Below, one piece after another: positions 1 through 9,718 of a stretch of 49,415 nucleotides of DNA. The position numbers and the translations under genes were made by a program. Under the pieces are notes generated by a model that worked only from the letters and a program-made list of their open reading frames with translations, did not search any database and was not told the origin of the DNA. The DNA comes from a virus (Duplodnaviria > Caudoviricetes): positions 1 to 49,415 of IMG/VR virus record IMGVR_UViG_3300050330_000108; one strand, 5' to 3'. Numbering within the stretch: position 1 is the stretch's first letter; each line of letters begins with the position of its first letter.

Positions 1-207
1 TCATGCGAGGGGCTCGATCGTGCCCCCAATTAGGTCCGCTCCGGCGGGTCCTTTGAGCGCTGCGTAGACCGCATCCCATGCGGCCTGTCGCGCGTGGATG
101 CCGGGCAGCACGATGCGGTCGCTGCGCGTGAAGTCTGGTGTTGTGGGGAAATGCTTGAAAACGATCGCGAGATAGCGACGTCCCTCGCCGCCTTGATGGT
201 TCGTCAT
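1..207 (-). CDS. Hypothetical protein
   Basis: ATG at 207 within ORF 1..306; no recognisable motif. Confidence 0.4.
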   Translation of the reverse strand: MTNHQGGEGRRYLAIVFKHFPTTPDFTRSDRIVLPGIHARQAAWDAVYAALKGPAGADLIGGTIEPLA

Positions 208-391
208 GCCTACAGCCTTCTTCTTGGTTATTGGCCGCCGAACAGCGACCCTCCTTCGACCCGGCGCGCCCCTGAATGTCTCCTTCGCGCATTGCCGGCC
301 CTGCAAATTTTTATAAGCTATAAGCTGCCGCCTGTGGACATCAAATAGATTCTTTGTGGGGATTTACAGCGCTGCTGAAAAATGCCGCGCG

Positions 392-610
392 ATGAATGAC
401 AGGCACCAGACGCCGTCGTATCCGCTGCGAATGCCCGACGAATTGCGGCGGCGGCTGGAAGAGGCCGCCGAAGAATCAGGACGTTCCGTGAATGCGGAAA
501 TCGTTGCTCGCTTGCAGCAGTCCTTCGTATCACGCGTCGAACTAACGCATACGGAAGTCGTCGCGGTCGTGAGGGCCACGCTCGACGAGCTGGAGCGGCG
601 GAAGCGGTAA
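392..610 (+). CDS. Arc-family ribbon-helix-helix DNA-binding protein
   Basis: YPLRMPDELRRRLEEAAEESGRSVNAEIVARLQQSF is a typical Arc/Mnt signature. Confidence 0.88.
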   Translation: MNDRHQTPSYPLRMPDELRRRLEEAAEESGRSVNAEIVARLQQSFVSRVELTHTEVVAVVRATLDELERRKR

Positions 611-851
611 TTCCCACCGTCCCGAGGTGAGGCGCGTCACTGCGTCCGGCCGCCAACGGCGGGATGATCCACGCCATGAGCACCTGCCGCCCCGCTTGGA
701 TCTCCATCCGCCTGCGCTGCCGACCGACAGGCGAGCGGCTGTTATGGAGAGGCCGGCAGGTGATGATGCGCAGACCGTAAGAGCGCCGCAGGCAACCAAC
801 GCGCCGCCGCGGTCGGTGATCACCAAGCCCGATCCTGTAGCATCTGCGCGC

Positions 852-1550
852 ATGGATAGGCTGCTTCTCGGGTACATCGTTGCGGTACACGCCGCGCTGG
901 TGGCGGTCCTTTCCACGTCCGATTTCCTGCCCAAGGTAAAGGCCAGGCTGGCAGGTGGTCATCGCGACAACACGGCGCAGGTGATGGAGCAAGCGCGCAT
1001 TCTTGCTCTCACGGACCGGCTGGTCCCCGACGGCACCGTGGTCCTTCTCGGCGACAGCATCATGCAGAGCCTGCCAGCAGTCGCTCTCGCGTCAGGCGCC
1101 GTGAACTACGGGGTCGGCGGCATGTCGGCGGCCCAGCTGGTGCAAGCGTTGCCGCTCTTCCACGATTCCATTGGCCGCTCCCGCGCGATCGTTTTGGCGG
1201 TGGGCATCAACGACTTCATCCAAGGCACGCAGCCCGGCTTGGCGGACCACTACAAGGCCATCCTCACGGCAATCCCAGCCGAGAAACCGATCGTCTGGAG
1301 CTCGATCATGCCGACGGCTCGCACGAGCGCCGCCGCGATAGCGGACGCGAACGCCACCATCAAGCGGCTGTGCGCTCTGCGTCCGCGCTGCGCATTCGTG
1401 GACACGTGGCCGCTCATGGCACCCGGCGGGGAACGCGTGCCCAGCTTCTATCGTGACTGGGTGCACCTGAACGGCGAGGGCTATCGGCGCTGGCTCCCGG
1501 CGTTGCGGCACGCGCTGAGCGAAGTTAACCAGCCAGCTGGTGCCACCTGA
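852..1550 (+). CDS. SGNH/GDSL hydrolase with N-terminal membrane anchor (accessory gene)
   Basis: LLGDSI block I, G block II, GIND block III, DWVH block V; hydrophobic N-terminus from ATG 852. Confidence 0.85.
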   Translation: MDRLLLGYIVAVHAALVAVLSTSDFLPKVKARLAGGHRDNTAQVMEQARILALTDRLVPDGTVVLLGDSIMQSLPAVALASGAVNYGVGGMSAAQLVQALPLFHDSIGRSRAIVLAVGINDFIQGTQPGLADHYKAILTAIPAEKPIVWSSIMPTARTSAAAIADANATIKRLCALRPRCAFVDTWPLMAPGGERVPSFYRDWVHLNGEGYRRWLPALRHALSEVNQPAGAT

Positions 1551-1565
1551 TCGCGCCGGCGATCG

Positions 1566-1916
1566 TCAGCCCGGCGGCGGCCGGAACCCCTCGCGCGGCA
1601 GTGTGCCGCCGGCGCCGGTGAGATCCTGCGTCATGACGTCACCGCCGATGTCGCGCACCCAGCAGCCAGAGTAGTGGCGCGCGCCGGACGTGACGAGCAT
1701 TGTCCTGGCGGGTGGGATCCCCTCGGCCTCGAGCGCCATGGCGAGCTCCTCGTAGGCACATGCCTGCTGCGTCAGCTGCACGGTGTAGGTGCCCTGGCGG
1801 TAGACCGGGTCACCGGTGGCCACCGCAGCCGGCGCAGGCTGCGCCAGCAGGATCACCATGGCCGCGCCGACGCTCAGGGCGACGACGGCCAGCAGGAGGG
1901 CGAGAGCGGCGCGCAT
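1566..1916 (-). CDS. Hypothetical exported protein downstream of spanins
   Basis: Hydrophobic N-terminus, two Cys, starts 1 nt after the Rz stop. Confidence 0.65.
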   Translation of the reverse strand: MRAALALLLAVVALSVGAAMVILLAQPAPAAVATGDPVYRQGTYTVQLTQQACAYEELAMALEAEGIPPARTMLVTSGARHYSGCWVRDIGGDVMTQDLTGAGGTLPREGFRPPPG

Positions 1917-1917
1917 G

Positions 1918-2460
1918 TCAGTGGGGCTTCCTCAGCGCCTCGTAGTCGGCGACGCACTTGCTGCCGGCCGCGCGGGCGGCATCGGTGTGGGCGGCAAGCT
2001 CTGCACCAGCTCGCTCCAGCCGGCTGCGCACGTTGACGAGCAACTCGATGGCGCCGGCGGCTGCCTCGACGTCGCCGGCAGTGGGGGAATCAGCGAGTCG
2101 GGCACCCCACTCACGGGCGGCAGCGGCGGATTGCTCGCGCAGGCGGTCAGCAGCAGCGAAAGCGTCGTCGCGATCACGGCGCATGCGCGCGAGAAGTCGA
2201 TCCTGGTCACGTTGGTTCTCCTCCATGGCGGCGATGCGCCGCGCGGTTTCGGCCGCGTTCGCACTCGCCCGGGCCAGCGCCGCAGCGGCAAGCCGGGCGC
2301 GCTCCTGGTCGCCAGCCGCCTGCAGGCGCGCGATCTGCACGGCGTCGACGTTCTCCTGCCAGCGCGCGCCCTGCAGCGCGCCGAAGGCCAGCAGCGCGGC
2401 GCCCAGCACCGCCAGCACGAGCCAGCGGTACGGGCTCGGAATGAGACTGGAGAGGTTCAC
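1918..2460 (-). CDS. Rz-like i-spanin
   Basis: N-terminal TM, Ala/Arg-rich coiled coil, C-terminal CVADYEAL; located after the endolysin. Confidence 0.85.
   Translation of the reverse strand: MNLSSLIPSPYRWLVLAVLGAALLAFGALQGARWQENVDAVQIARLQAAGDQERARLAAAALARASANAAETARRIAAMEENQRDQDRLLARMRRDRDDAFAAADRLREQSAAAAREWGARLADSPTAGDVEAAAGAIELLVNVRSRLERAGAELAAHTDAARAAGSKCVADYEALRKPH
1932..2210 (-). CDS. Rz1-like o-spanin lipoprotein embedded in Rz
   Basis: Alternate frame inside Rz; GGAGGAG RBS at 2218-2224, GTG at 2210, lipobox LTAC, Pro-rich mature part. Confidence 0.8.
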   Translation of the reverse strand: MTRIDFSRACAVIATTLSLLLTACASNPPLPPVSGVPDSLIPPLPATSRQPPAPSSCSSTCAAGWSELVQSLPPTPMPPARPAASASPTTRR

Positions 2461-2783
2461 TTGTCGCCTCGCAGCCACTCAGGCAGGTCCGGCAACGGCA
2501 GCGTCTGGCCCGCCAGCACGTGCGTGCAGTCACCAAGGAACTGCACCATGCCGTCCCTCACGAACGTGTGGCAGCGCTTCTCGATGTGGTCCGGGCCCTC
2601 GTTCCACGTGGTCAGGACGCTGGGCGTGAAGGTGGGCCGCTCCACGTTGCCGTTGAAGCCCCAGGCCCCAGGGCCATCGGTACGGACACCGTGCAGCCCA
2701 TCGCAGCCCTGACACCAGTAGGTGAAGCCTGCGGTGCCGTCACTTGCCGCCCAGCGGCGCAGCTTGCTGGAGACCGCGCTCAC
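2457..2783 (-). CDS. Cys/His metal-binding protein (DUF6527-like) inserted in lysis cassette
   Basis: CQGCDGLH, WGFNGN, PTFTPS, CHTFVRDG, DCTH motifs; 4-nt overlaps with both neighbours. Confidence 0.7.
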   Translation of the reverse strand: MSAVSSKLRRWAASDGTAGFTYWCQGCDGLHGVRTDGPGAWGFNGNVERPTFTPSVLTTWNEGPDHIEKRCHTFVRDGMVQFLGDCTHVLAGQTLPLPDLPEWLRGDK

Positions 2784-3397
2784 GCCAGCATCTCCGACAG
2801 CCGCACGCGCAGCCCTGCGACGTGCTCCAGGCCCAGCGTGCCGCCGTTAACGCGCCGGCGCAGACGGACCTGGTCGCCCAGCATCTCGTCGGGGATGCGG
2901 TCCTCCCACCAGGCAATCGCGATCTCCAGGCCGTAGCGGCACTCGCAGGCGAGCTCGGGCACTTCCAGCAGGTCCTGGCCGACCAGATCACCGACATGCG
3001 CGTAGGCCGCCCGGCCGGTCAACTGGATCGGTGAGCGGCCGCGGTACCGGTAGCCGTCGCCGGTCTCCGGCGGCCCGTTGCCCATGCGGTTCGCGTAGAC
3101 GCAGTTCGCCAGCTTCGCCGGGCTGAACGCGTATGGGACCGCACTGGCGACGGTCGTGAAGCGCGCCGGCCACACGGCGCAGATGCGCTCCGGGTTGTAC
3201 GACAGCCGCTCCTCGACGCACTCCAGCATCGCGCTCTCGTGCAGGATCTGCGGCAGGAAGTCCAGCAGGTCGCGGATGCCATCGGAGAATTTCTGCGGCT
3301 GCACCTCGTCCTCGAACGGATGCTGCCACCGCGCCGCCGTGAGAGGGCGCACGCCGAGGCCAGAGAGGATCTCCAGCCATTCGCGGTCGGTGATCAC
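2780..3397 (-). CDS. Endolysin, glycoside hydrolase family 19
   Basis: QILHES, YANRMGNG, DGYRYRGRSPIQLTGR and VNGG motifs; GTG overlaps the holin stop. Confidence 0.9.
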   Translation of the reverse strand: MITDREWLEILSGLGVRPLTAARWQHPFEDEVQPQKFSDGIRDLLDFLPQILHESAMLECVEERLSYNPERICAVWPARFTTVASAVPYAFSPAKLANCVYANRMGNGPPETGDGYRYRGRSPIQLTGRAAYAHVGDLVGQDLLEVPELACECRYGLEIAIAWWEDRIPDEMLGDQVRLRRRVNGGTLGLEHVAGLRVRLSEMLA

Positions 3398-3843
3398 GGA
3401 AGCATTCCCCGGACGTCCGCCCGCGCGTCGGCCGCCATCTCGCCGATGTCCTTGCCCTGCTGCCGGCGCTTCTCGAGCCACAGCACGACAGCGCCCAGGA
3501 TCCACCAGCACGGCAGACCGGCCAGCGCGAGCAGCGGCGCCGCAACCATGAAGGTGCCCATCCACGCCTCCATGCCGAGGCCCTGCGCGAGCGTCGCGCC
3601 AGCGGAGAACACCTCGGGGTGCCGGCTGTAGGCGGCGGCTACCATCAGCGGCCCCAGCAGCGCGGAGCCGGCCATCGTGGCCAGGATCCGCATCGCGGCC
3701 TCCTTCGGAGTCTTGGGCAGCAGCACCATGAAGCCGAGCGCGCTGGCGACGACTCCGATGGCGAGTAGCCCGCCGATCGCCTTGCCGATGGCCCAGCCGC
3801 CGGCAGCAGAGGATGCGGGTTCCGTCACGATGTTGCCTTTCAT
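3394..3843 (-). CDS. Putative holin
   Basis: Three hydrophobic segments and charged C-terminus, directly upstream of endolysin. Confidence 0.75.
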   Translation of the reverse strand: MKGNIVTEPASSAAGGWAIGKAIGGLLAIGVVASALGFMVLLPKTPKEAAMRILATMAGSALLGPLMVAAAYSRHPEVFSAGATLAQGLGMEAWMGTFMVAAPLLALAGLPCWWILGAVVLWLEKRRQQGKDIGEMAADARADVRGMLP

Positions 3844-3904
3844 GTTTTCCGCTAGGAAGGTAGGTTGGAGAACACTGGCTGCCGCGCACTGCTGGCGCGC
3901 CGCA

Positions 3905-6355
3905 TCAAGCTTTTTTCACCGTCACGCGCAGCGTCCCGTTCAGAAGATCGACGGGGCCGCTGCCTCGGTTCCACATGGTCACCGTGACGGTGTTCGACGA
4001 AGTGACTTGGCCGAACCACAGAATGTCCGAGCCCCCTGCAGATGCCTGCTGATCGTGACTCACACCGGTCACGAAATCCCCGACCGAGGCACCTGTTACG
4101 GTGACGGTCGTCTGCTGGGTCGCGCCGGCAGCCAGACTTGCGGGGTTGTAGCTGGCGCTTCCCGAGAGCTCCTCGGCCACAGGCAAGACCATCGGACGCG
4201 TTCCAACGCACACGACGACATCGCTCACTTCCACGTAACCGGTAAGGCCGCTGGCATCGGTGATGATGTTCAGAGGAAGGCTCGTCGCCCCGGACGGGAC
4301 CGTGATCGTCACGCTCAGGAATTCATCCGCGCCACTGGCAACGGTGCCACCTTGCCCGGTATAGCCAGCGAGCCTGGGCTTCACCCCGGACAGATTCGTC
4401 TTGATGAAGCACGCGGCAGTGATATTGAGCCCCCTCAATCCAGCGATCGGGATTCCGTTCACCGTATCGATGGTCTGCTGCAGGCTCGGGCGCCCCGCGG
4501 TGATGTCCATGCGGCACCTCTTGCCGCTCAGGACACCTGTTCCGGTAATCGTGGTCACACTTCCGGAGCTGAAATCGCTCCAGTTGTTCAGACCGTTCGC
4601 GAAGTTCCCGTTCTTGCAAAGGCTCCGACTAAACGCAGGCGCCAAAATCTGCTGACCGTTGATGCTGGCCGCCGGAAGAAATTCAATCTCGTTGGCGACG
4701 CCCTTATTGCTGATGTGGTTCGTTCCACTGTACGAATGGCGGAACGCAAACCGGTTCGCGCTGCTGAGGGCGCGCGCCTCCACACGCGGCGTCGCTGGTG
4801 TCGCATAGCTGCTGTTGTATTCGAGGTAGCCCATGCCCTCGCACAGGTTGGCCGAGTCATCCAACAGGAGCGTGGCCTCGCTCGAATTCGATTCGAGCGA
4901 GAGGCGTCGGAACCGGTTGGTGAGTCCGCCCAGCACCACCTGGTTGATCGTGGGGGCGCGCTTCGGCACCGCATCGCCGTAGGCGTCGTAGGCGAAAGTG
5001 CTGAGCGCCAGCGAATTCACGTTGTTTCGCGGCGGAACGATCAGGCCCCATCCAGCTGCTGGCGCGAGATTCGCGTCGACGTCCCAGTAGTAGCACCGAG
5101 CGTTCCCGCCGAAACTGATGCCGCTCGTGGGGTCACGACCGTCCCCCAGCCCCAAGGAGACACCCGTGAAGCCGCGAACCTTTGCATTGCGCAGTGTTCC
5201 CAGGGAGCCGCCAAGGCACAAGCCGCTGAACGCATTGTTGACGACGGTCACATTGATCGTTCCGCTCGCCAAGTCGACCGCGCTGAAGGAGTAGTTGCTG
5301 AACCACACTGTCACCGTGTCGGGCGCGCTGACCCAGGCAGTGAGCACAATTCCATCCGCCGTATTGGTGAAGGTGGCACGCGCATACCCGCCAGTCGTCG
5401 CACCAGGCACAGAGACAGTCGTCGACGCGCCTGCCGGCGTGATGTTCGAGATCGCGGCGCCCGCGGCAATGCTCGGCGGATCGTAGACGGCACTCCCGGT
5501 CACCGTCGTGTAGTTCGCGAAATTGGCTTGATACAGGGTGAAGTTGGCGAACTCGTTGCCGCACGTCTGGCCCGTTCCAGATCCGGCATCCGAATTGAGC
5601 GTCAACGCGAATGACCCCGCAGCCCCAGCGTAGTACAGGTTCGATCCGTCGAAGTCGACGTCGAAATTGGTGAACGTCTTCGGCGTCGTGTACTTGTAGG
5701 TGGCGTGCGGCATGATGCCGGACTTTCCAGCGCACGCCGTAGCCCAGGAGGCAATCGCACTGTCGTCGTCGGTGACGCCGTCGCCTTTCGCCCCGAACCA
5801 CATCACGCTGATCCTGCCCGTGAAGACACGCTTCCAGCGCTTGCCAGCGTTCGGGCCGCTGGTCACGACAATGACGGTCCCGCCATCATCCACGCTGCTC
5901 GCGTCGCTGTCGTCGCGCACGAAGTGGCCGCCGATCGTCGGCGCGGCGGTGACGAGGTAGCCCGTCACCTGCACCGAGGTCGCATTGCCAGCGTAGGCCC
6001 GCAGTGCGGCGTAATCAACCAGCCGCAGGTCGGCGTCAACGATGCCCTGGTACACCCGCCAGCTCGCCGTGTCGCTCGCGAACGCAGCACTCGACGTGTG
6101 CGCCACCACGCACACATACCAGGTCCCCGACTCGAGCACCAAGTCCTTCAGCGCGTATGCCGTGCCCGGCCCCGCCCACGCACCCCTGGAGGTGAACGCC
6201 TCGATGGTGGCAACGGCACCGGCGAGCGTCTTGCGCTGCACGCCTAGCCGATCCGTGTACGTCGGATCGGAGCTGCTGATGGCCTCGTCCAGCTTCTGCG
6301 CGTTGAACAGCAGATCGCTCGGATCGTAGCTGGGAACGGGGTTCGAGGTCGTCAT
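3905..6355 (-). CDS. Tailspike / receptor-binding protein with beta-helix (pectate lyase-like) domain
   Basis: N-terminal NPVPS..DLLFNA..LD..YTDRLG anchor, FGAKGDGVTDD motif, NGNF..GLNNW carbohydrate-binding-like domain; GGAG RBS. Confidence 0.85.
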   Translation of the reverse strand: MTTSNPVPSYDPSDLLFNAQKLDEAISSSDPTYTDRLGVQRKTLAGAVATIEAFTSRGAWAGPGTAYALKDLVLESGTWYVCVVAHTSSAAFASDTASWRVYQGIVDADLRLVDYAALRAYAGNATSVQVTGYLVTAAPTIGGHFVRDDSDASSVDDGGTVIVVTSGPNAGKRWKRVFTGRISVMWFGAKGDGVTDDDSAIASWATACAGKSGIMPHATYKYTTPKTFTNFDVDFDGSNLYYAGAAGSFALTLNSDAGSGTGQTCGNEFANFTLYQANFANYTTVTGSAVYDPPSIAAGAAISNITPAGASTTVSVPGATTGGYARATFTNTADGIVLTAWVSAPDTVTVWFSNYSFSAVDLASGTINVTVVNNAFSGLCLGGSLGTLRNAKVRGFTGVSLGLGDGRDPTSGISFGGNARCYYWDVDANLAPAAGWGLIVPPRNNVNSLALSTFAYDAYGDAVPKRAPTINQVVLGGLTNRFRRLSLESNSSEATLLLDDSANLCEGMGYLEYNSSYATPATPRVEARALSSANRFAFRHSYSGTNHISNKGVANEIEFLPAASINGQQILAPAFSRSLCKNGNFANGLNNWSDFSSGSVTTITGTGVLSGKRCRMDITAGRPSLQQTIDTVNGIPIAGLRGLNITAACFIKTNLSGVKPRLAGYTGQGGTVASGADEFLSVTITVPSGATSLPLNIITDASGLTGYVEVSDVVVCVGTRPMVLPVAEELSGSASYNPASLAAGATQQTTVTVTGASVGDFVTGVSHDQQASAGGSDILWFGQVTSSNTVTVTMWNRGSGPVDLLNGTLRVTVKKA

Positions 6356-6379
6356 GCGGTCTCCGTAGCGGCTCAGGCC

Positions 6380-6390
6380 ATGCTAGGGAG
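6380..6390 (-). promoter_or_regulatory. CTCCCTAGCAT motif, putative late promoter of tailspike and lysis genes
   Basis: Exact repeated motif, intergenic, 24 nt upstream of ATG 6355. Confidence 0.75.
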
Positions 6391-6405
6391 GCTGTCCGCA
6401 CGCCC

Positions 6406-8850
6406 TCAGTCGTTCGCGTACACCCGCTCGTCGTAATTCACCATGGACAGGGCCACCCGACCGTCCGCCGCCGGCTTGACCTCGGTCACCGTGTACAGGC
6501 CGGCCGCTTCGACCTCGGCAGCCGTGAGGCCCACCGCGAAGGCGTAGCGGCTCCCGAGCTGGCGGTCAGCATCCGCCACGTACAGGCCATCAGGCAGGCT
6601 GGCCAGCGTCACGCCGCCGCCGGCTGCCGGCGTGCAGACCACGGACGCCCCCAGGCGCGCGCCATCCTCGCCGGTGAACAGGATGCGTCCGGTGGTCTCG
6701 CCCTGCCAGTCCAGCAGCTCGCTGGTCGTGATGGTCAGGCCCTCGATGCTCATGACCTCGCCCGCCTGCAGGCCATCATCCCCTGCGAAGTCATTCGGGT
6801 CGATCCAGCGCACCAGCGCGCCCGGGCCGAGCGTGTGCGCCTCCGCCAGCGCGGTGTCGCTCACGCTCTCGCGCTGGAACAGCAGTCGATTGGCCTCCAG
6901 GTAGGCGCGGTTTTCGGCCTGAGCCGTCGTCGCGCACCCGAGCAGCTTCACCTTCTTCGGGTGCGCGCTCGATCCGAGTACCGGAGCGCCGCTGGTGATG
7001 TCCAGGCGGATGTAGCTCTTCTTCGCCTGCGTGGTCTCGTCCACGTACTCGACTTCGACGCCATCGTCGGAAGCCGGCAGGTTCGATGCGAAGCTGATGC
7101 CGGACTCGCCGCCGGCGGCCAGACTGCGGTAGTCGAGCTGCATCTCCGGGTAGTCGCGTGCCTGGTCGCGCGTGGCGGTCCACTTCGTGCCGTCGCGCCA
7201 GATCACACAGCGCGCCATGTTCGCCACCAGTTGCATGCGCTCGCCGAGGCTCATGTCGGCATCGTCGAGCGAACCGTCGAACCGCAGCAACTCGGAATTC
7301 TCCCCGTGCTCGGTGTTGATCGCCGCAAACGCCGCGGTGTCCAGACCAGCGATGTCGTTTCCGGAGAGGGTCCAGATGTGTGCAATTGCGCGCGCGAAGT
7401 TGCGGCTCTCGGATAGCGTCGCGTCGGTGAGCGTACGCACGTGGCGCAGCCACCGAAGATTGAACTTCCGATCGCTGAAGCCCGTGGCGGCCAGCGTCGC
7501 CTTAGTCGTGACGCGCAGCACAGTGACGCCGGGAAGCTCCTTGGTCGCGTAGTACCTCACGCCGTAGACCTCCTCCAGCTTGGCGACGTCGGAGCCCTGC
7601 TCGTCGTCCTGGGTGGTCGTGCGGGTGAACTGGATGCGGTAGGTACCCGATCCGGCAGATGGTGTGACCTTCTTCGTGAAGAATCGCTGGTCGAAGGTGT
7701 CGTCGGAGAACGTGTCCGTCCGGTCCTCGCGCGTGCCGACGATCTCCACGCCGTCGCCGTCTACCTGCCACCATTCGGTCTTGATGTCCACGGACCCCTT
7801 GAGCCCGCGCAGGAATACCACGTTCCACCAGATGCGGTCGCATTCGATCGGCAAGGTGAAGGGGCCCACCGCTGTGGTGGTGGTTTCGTTCGGCGTGATG
7901 GTCACGTTCGTCATCTCGCCGACAACATCGGCCGTCCACGCCGAACTGCTGAACGTGAATGCGACGTCTGAGCCCGACACCACATAGCTCTGTACGGTAC
8001 ATGTCTCGTTGAAGAGCGTGGAGCCGCCGCCGTAGTAGAACTCAACCCCGGCGGTGCCGGACGGGACAAGGCTCTTGAGCTGATCGAAGTCCGCGGAGTC
8101 CGTGAAGGTGATGTTGAAACTCGTAGCCCCTGCCGTGGCGTTGACGCTGCCCGTCTTGTTCAGAGTCGCGTATGCCACCGCGTAGGGCAACTCCTGACCG
8201 TTGACCTCGTCGGAAGCGAACGCCTCGAACACGTCGTTGATCGTGGTCGTGCCGAACTCGGGATACCCGCCGGAGGGCACCGGCTCGAACACCTCATAGG
8301 AGGATTCAGCGATGTCGGCGACCGGTGTGTCCGCGTACTGCACGTCGGTGATGGTCCCCTTCCCGCGGCTGGCGCACATCGTCTCGGTGACGTACTTGAT
8401 GTGGTCGACGTACTCCGCGACGGAAGGCTGAATCAGGTCGGGCCAGATGCGCCGGTAGCCGTACACGTCGGGGATGGCCTGATAGGTCCGCGCTATGTTC
8501 GTCTGGCCGGTGAGCTTGTTGTTCGGGCTCTCGTGCTGGATCTGCGCCTCTGGCGGGCGAGGCATCATCGCGTAGGCGACGACGGCGAAGGCGGCGGCCG
8601 CGATGAAGATCCAGGTGAACGGGTCCAGCCCCTCGGGCCGGCGGATCACCGTCACGCGATCCAGTACGCTCGGCGGCCGGTCCATGCGCGGATCGGTTAG
8701 CGGGTCCACGGTCATGCCGTTGATGCGCAACTCGCAGCCGGCGCCGCCGGCGAGGTGACGCTCGATGTTGGCCTGCACGCTGATGGTGCAGTCCAGCGGG
8801 TAGGACGCGCTGCCGGTGATGCCGACCGGGTCGTGGAGGATGATCAGCAT
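6406..8850 (-). CDS. Tail tip / host-specificity protein (J-like) with ubiquitin-like N-terminus
   Basis: SPNNKLTGQTNIARTYQAIPDVYG motif, C-terminal NYDERVY, position after NlpC/P60 gene. Confidence 0.85.
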   Translation of the reverse strand: MLIILHDPVGITGSASYPLDCTISVQANIERHLAGGAGCELRINGMTVDPLTDPRMDRPPSVLDRVTVIRRPEGLDPFTWIFIAAAAFAVVAYAMMPRPPEAQIQHESPNNKLTGQTNIARTYQAIPDVYGYRRIWPDLIQPSVAEYVDHIKYVTETMCASRGKGTITDVQYADTPVADIAESSYEVFEPVPSGGYPEFGTTTINDVFEAFASDEVNGQELPYAVAYATLNKTGSVNATAGATSFNITFTDSADFDQLKSLVPSGTAGVEFYYGGGSTLFNETCTVQSYVVSGSDVAFTFSSSAWTADVVGEMTNVTITPNETTTTAVGPFTLPIECDRIWWNVVFLRGLKGSVDIKTEWWQVDGDGVEIVGTREDRTDTFSDDTFDQRFFTKKVTPSAGSGTYRIQFTRTTTQDDEQGSDVAKLEEVYGVRYYATKELPGVTVLRVTTKATLAATGFSDRKFNLRWLRHVRTLTDATLSESRNFARAIAHIWTLSGNDIAGLDTAAFAAINTEHGENSELLRFDGSLDDADMSLGERMQLVANMARCVIWRDGTKWTATRDQARDYPEMQLDYRSLAAGGESGISFASNLPASDDGVEVEYVDETTQAKKSYIRLDITSGAPVLGSSAHPKKVKLLGCATTAQAENRAYLEANRLLFQRESVSDTALAEAHTLGPGALVRWIDPNDFAGDDGLQAGEVMSIEGLTITTSELLDWQGETTGRILFTGEDGARLGASVVCTPAAGGGVTLASLPDGLYVADADRQLGSRYAFAVGLTAAEVEAAGLYTVTEVKPAADGRVALSMVNYDERVYAND

Positions 8851-9233
8851 GGAGCGTATCGGTAAAAGCGGAGCTCGCCGTACACGCGCGCCAGCGCCGC
8901 GAGGCGCGTCACCCGCACGCTGCCGGAGCGTTCGTCGGAGCCCTCGGAGTGCAGCACGCGCTGAACGTCGAGCAGGATCCCGCAGTGCGTGGGCGAGCCG
9001 TCGCGCCAGGCCATGAAGCACGTTGCGCCGGCCTGCGCGGCGCACTCGATCCACCCGGCCGCGCGCGCGAAACCGGCCGCGATGTCCGTTTGCGGCACAT
9101 CGCCGAGGTCGACTCCCAGCACCTCGCGGAAGTACAGGACGATGAGCCCGTAGCAGTCGGCCGCGTCGAAGTCGGCGCGCCACTTGCGCCACGGCCGGCC
9201 GACCATGCGCGCGGCGAACTCGGCGGCCGTCAC
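8844..9233 (-). CDS. NlpC/P60-family tail tip protein (K-like)
   Basis: DCYGL, HCGI and LH motifs. Confidence 0.85.
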   Translation of the reverse strand: MTAAEFAARMVGRPWRKWRADFDAADCYGLIVLYFREVLGVDLGDVPQTDIAAGFARAAGWIECAAQAGATCFMAWRDGSPTHCGILLDVQRVLHSEGSDERSGSVRVTRLAALARVYGELRFYRYAPC

Positions 9234-9718
9234 GACAGGATCTCCAGCCCGGTGAACACCGCCGGGTCATAGACCACGCCGACCTGCCTGCGCATGGGGT
9301 TGTCCACAGTGGCCGTGACCTGCACGGCGTCGGTGGAGAACTGGATGCCGCCCTGTTCAGCGACGTACAGGCTCCAGCTCAATTGCGGCGTGGCGGTGCT
9401 CCCGAGGTACACGTCATAGGCCACCGTGATCGGCGCGCGCGAGCCGGAATCCTTGAGCAGCTTCAGCTGCTGCTTGAATTGGCGGCCGACAACCAGCCGC
9501 GGAAAGACCATCGTGAGCTTTGGCTGCGAGTCGCTCTTCTGGTCTGGCGGCGTGATCGTCATCGGCGCGGGCGTGTGCCCGTTACCGCCGAGAGTGACCG
9601 CGGCGAACTGGTTGGCCACCAGCCGAAATGGAGCATCGAAGGCTGGATGGTCGAACGTGATCGCGTGGTACTCCGCGAGTGGAGACTTCACCGTCCAGAA
9701 TTCGCGTGCGGTGGTCAT
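9230..9718 (-). CDS. Tail tip protein (DUF1833/L-like)
   Basis: ITFDHPAF..RLV and C-terminal YDP..F.GL; synteny. Confidence 0.7.
   Translation of the reverse strand: MTTAREFWTVKSPLAEYHAITFDHPAFDAPFRLVANQFAAVTLGGNGHTPAPMTITPPDQKSDSQPKLTMVFPRLVVGRQFKQQLKLLKDSGSRAPITVAYDVYLGSTATPQLSWSLYVAEQGGIQFSTDAVQVTATVDNPMRRQVGVVYDPAVFTGLEILS

Noticed and set aside
808-3397. 16-bp direct repeat CGCGGTCGGTGATCAC at 808-823 and 3382-3397
   Set aside because: A few 16-mer matches are expected by chance in 49 kb of GC-rich DNA; no shared context
3849-3858. TTCCTAGCGG upstream of the holin as an eighth late motif
   Set aside because: Lacks the conserved AT of TAGCAT and spacing is 5 nt; possible but unsupported
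3677-5614. 645-aa plus-strand ORF
   Set aside because: Antisense shadow of the tailspike; Arg-rich with no motifs
3905-6355. Diversity-generating retroelement or invertible tail-fibre system
   Set aside because: No reverse transcriptase or invertase; the duplicated domain is similar only at protein level
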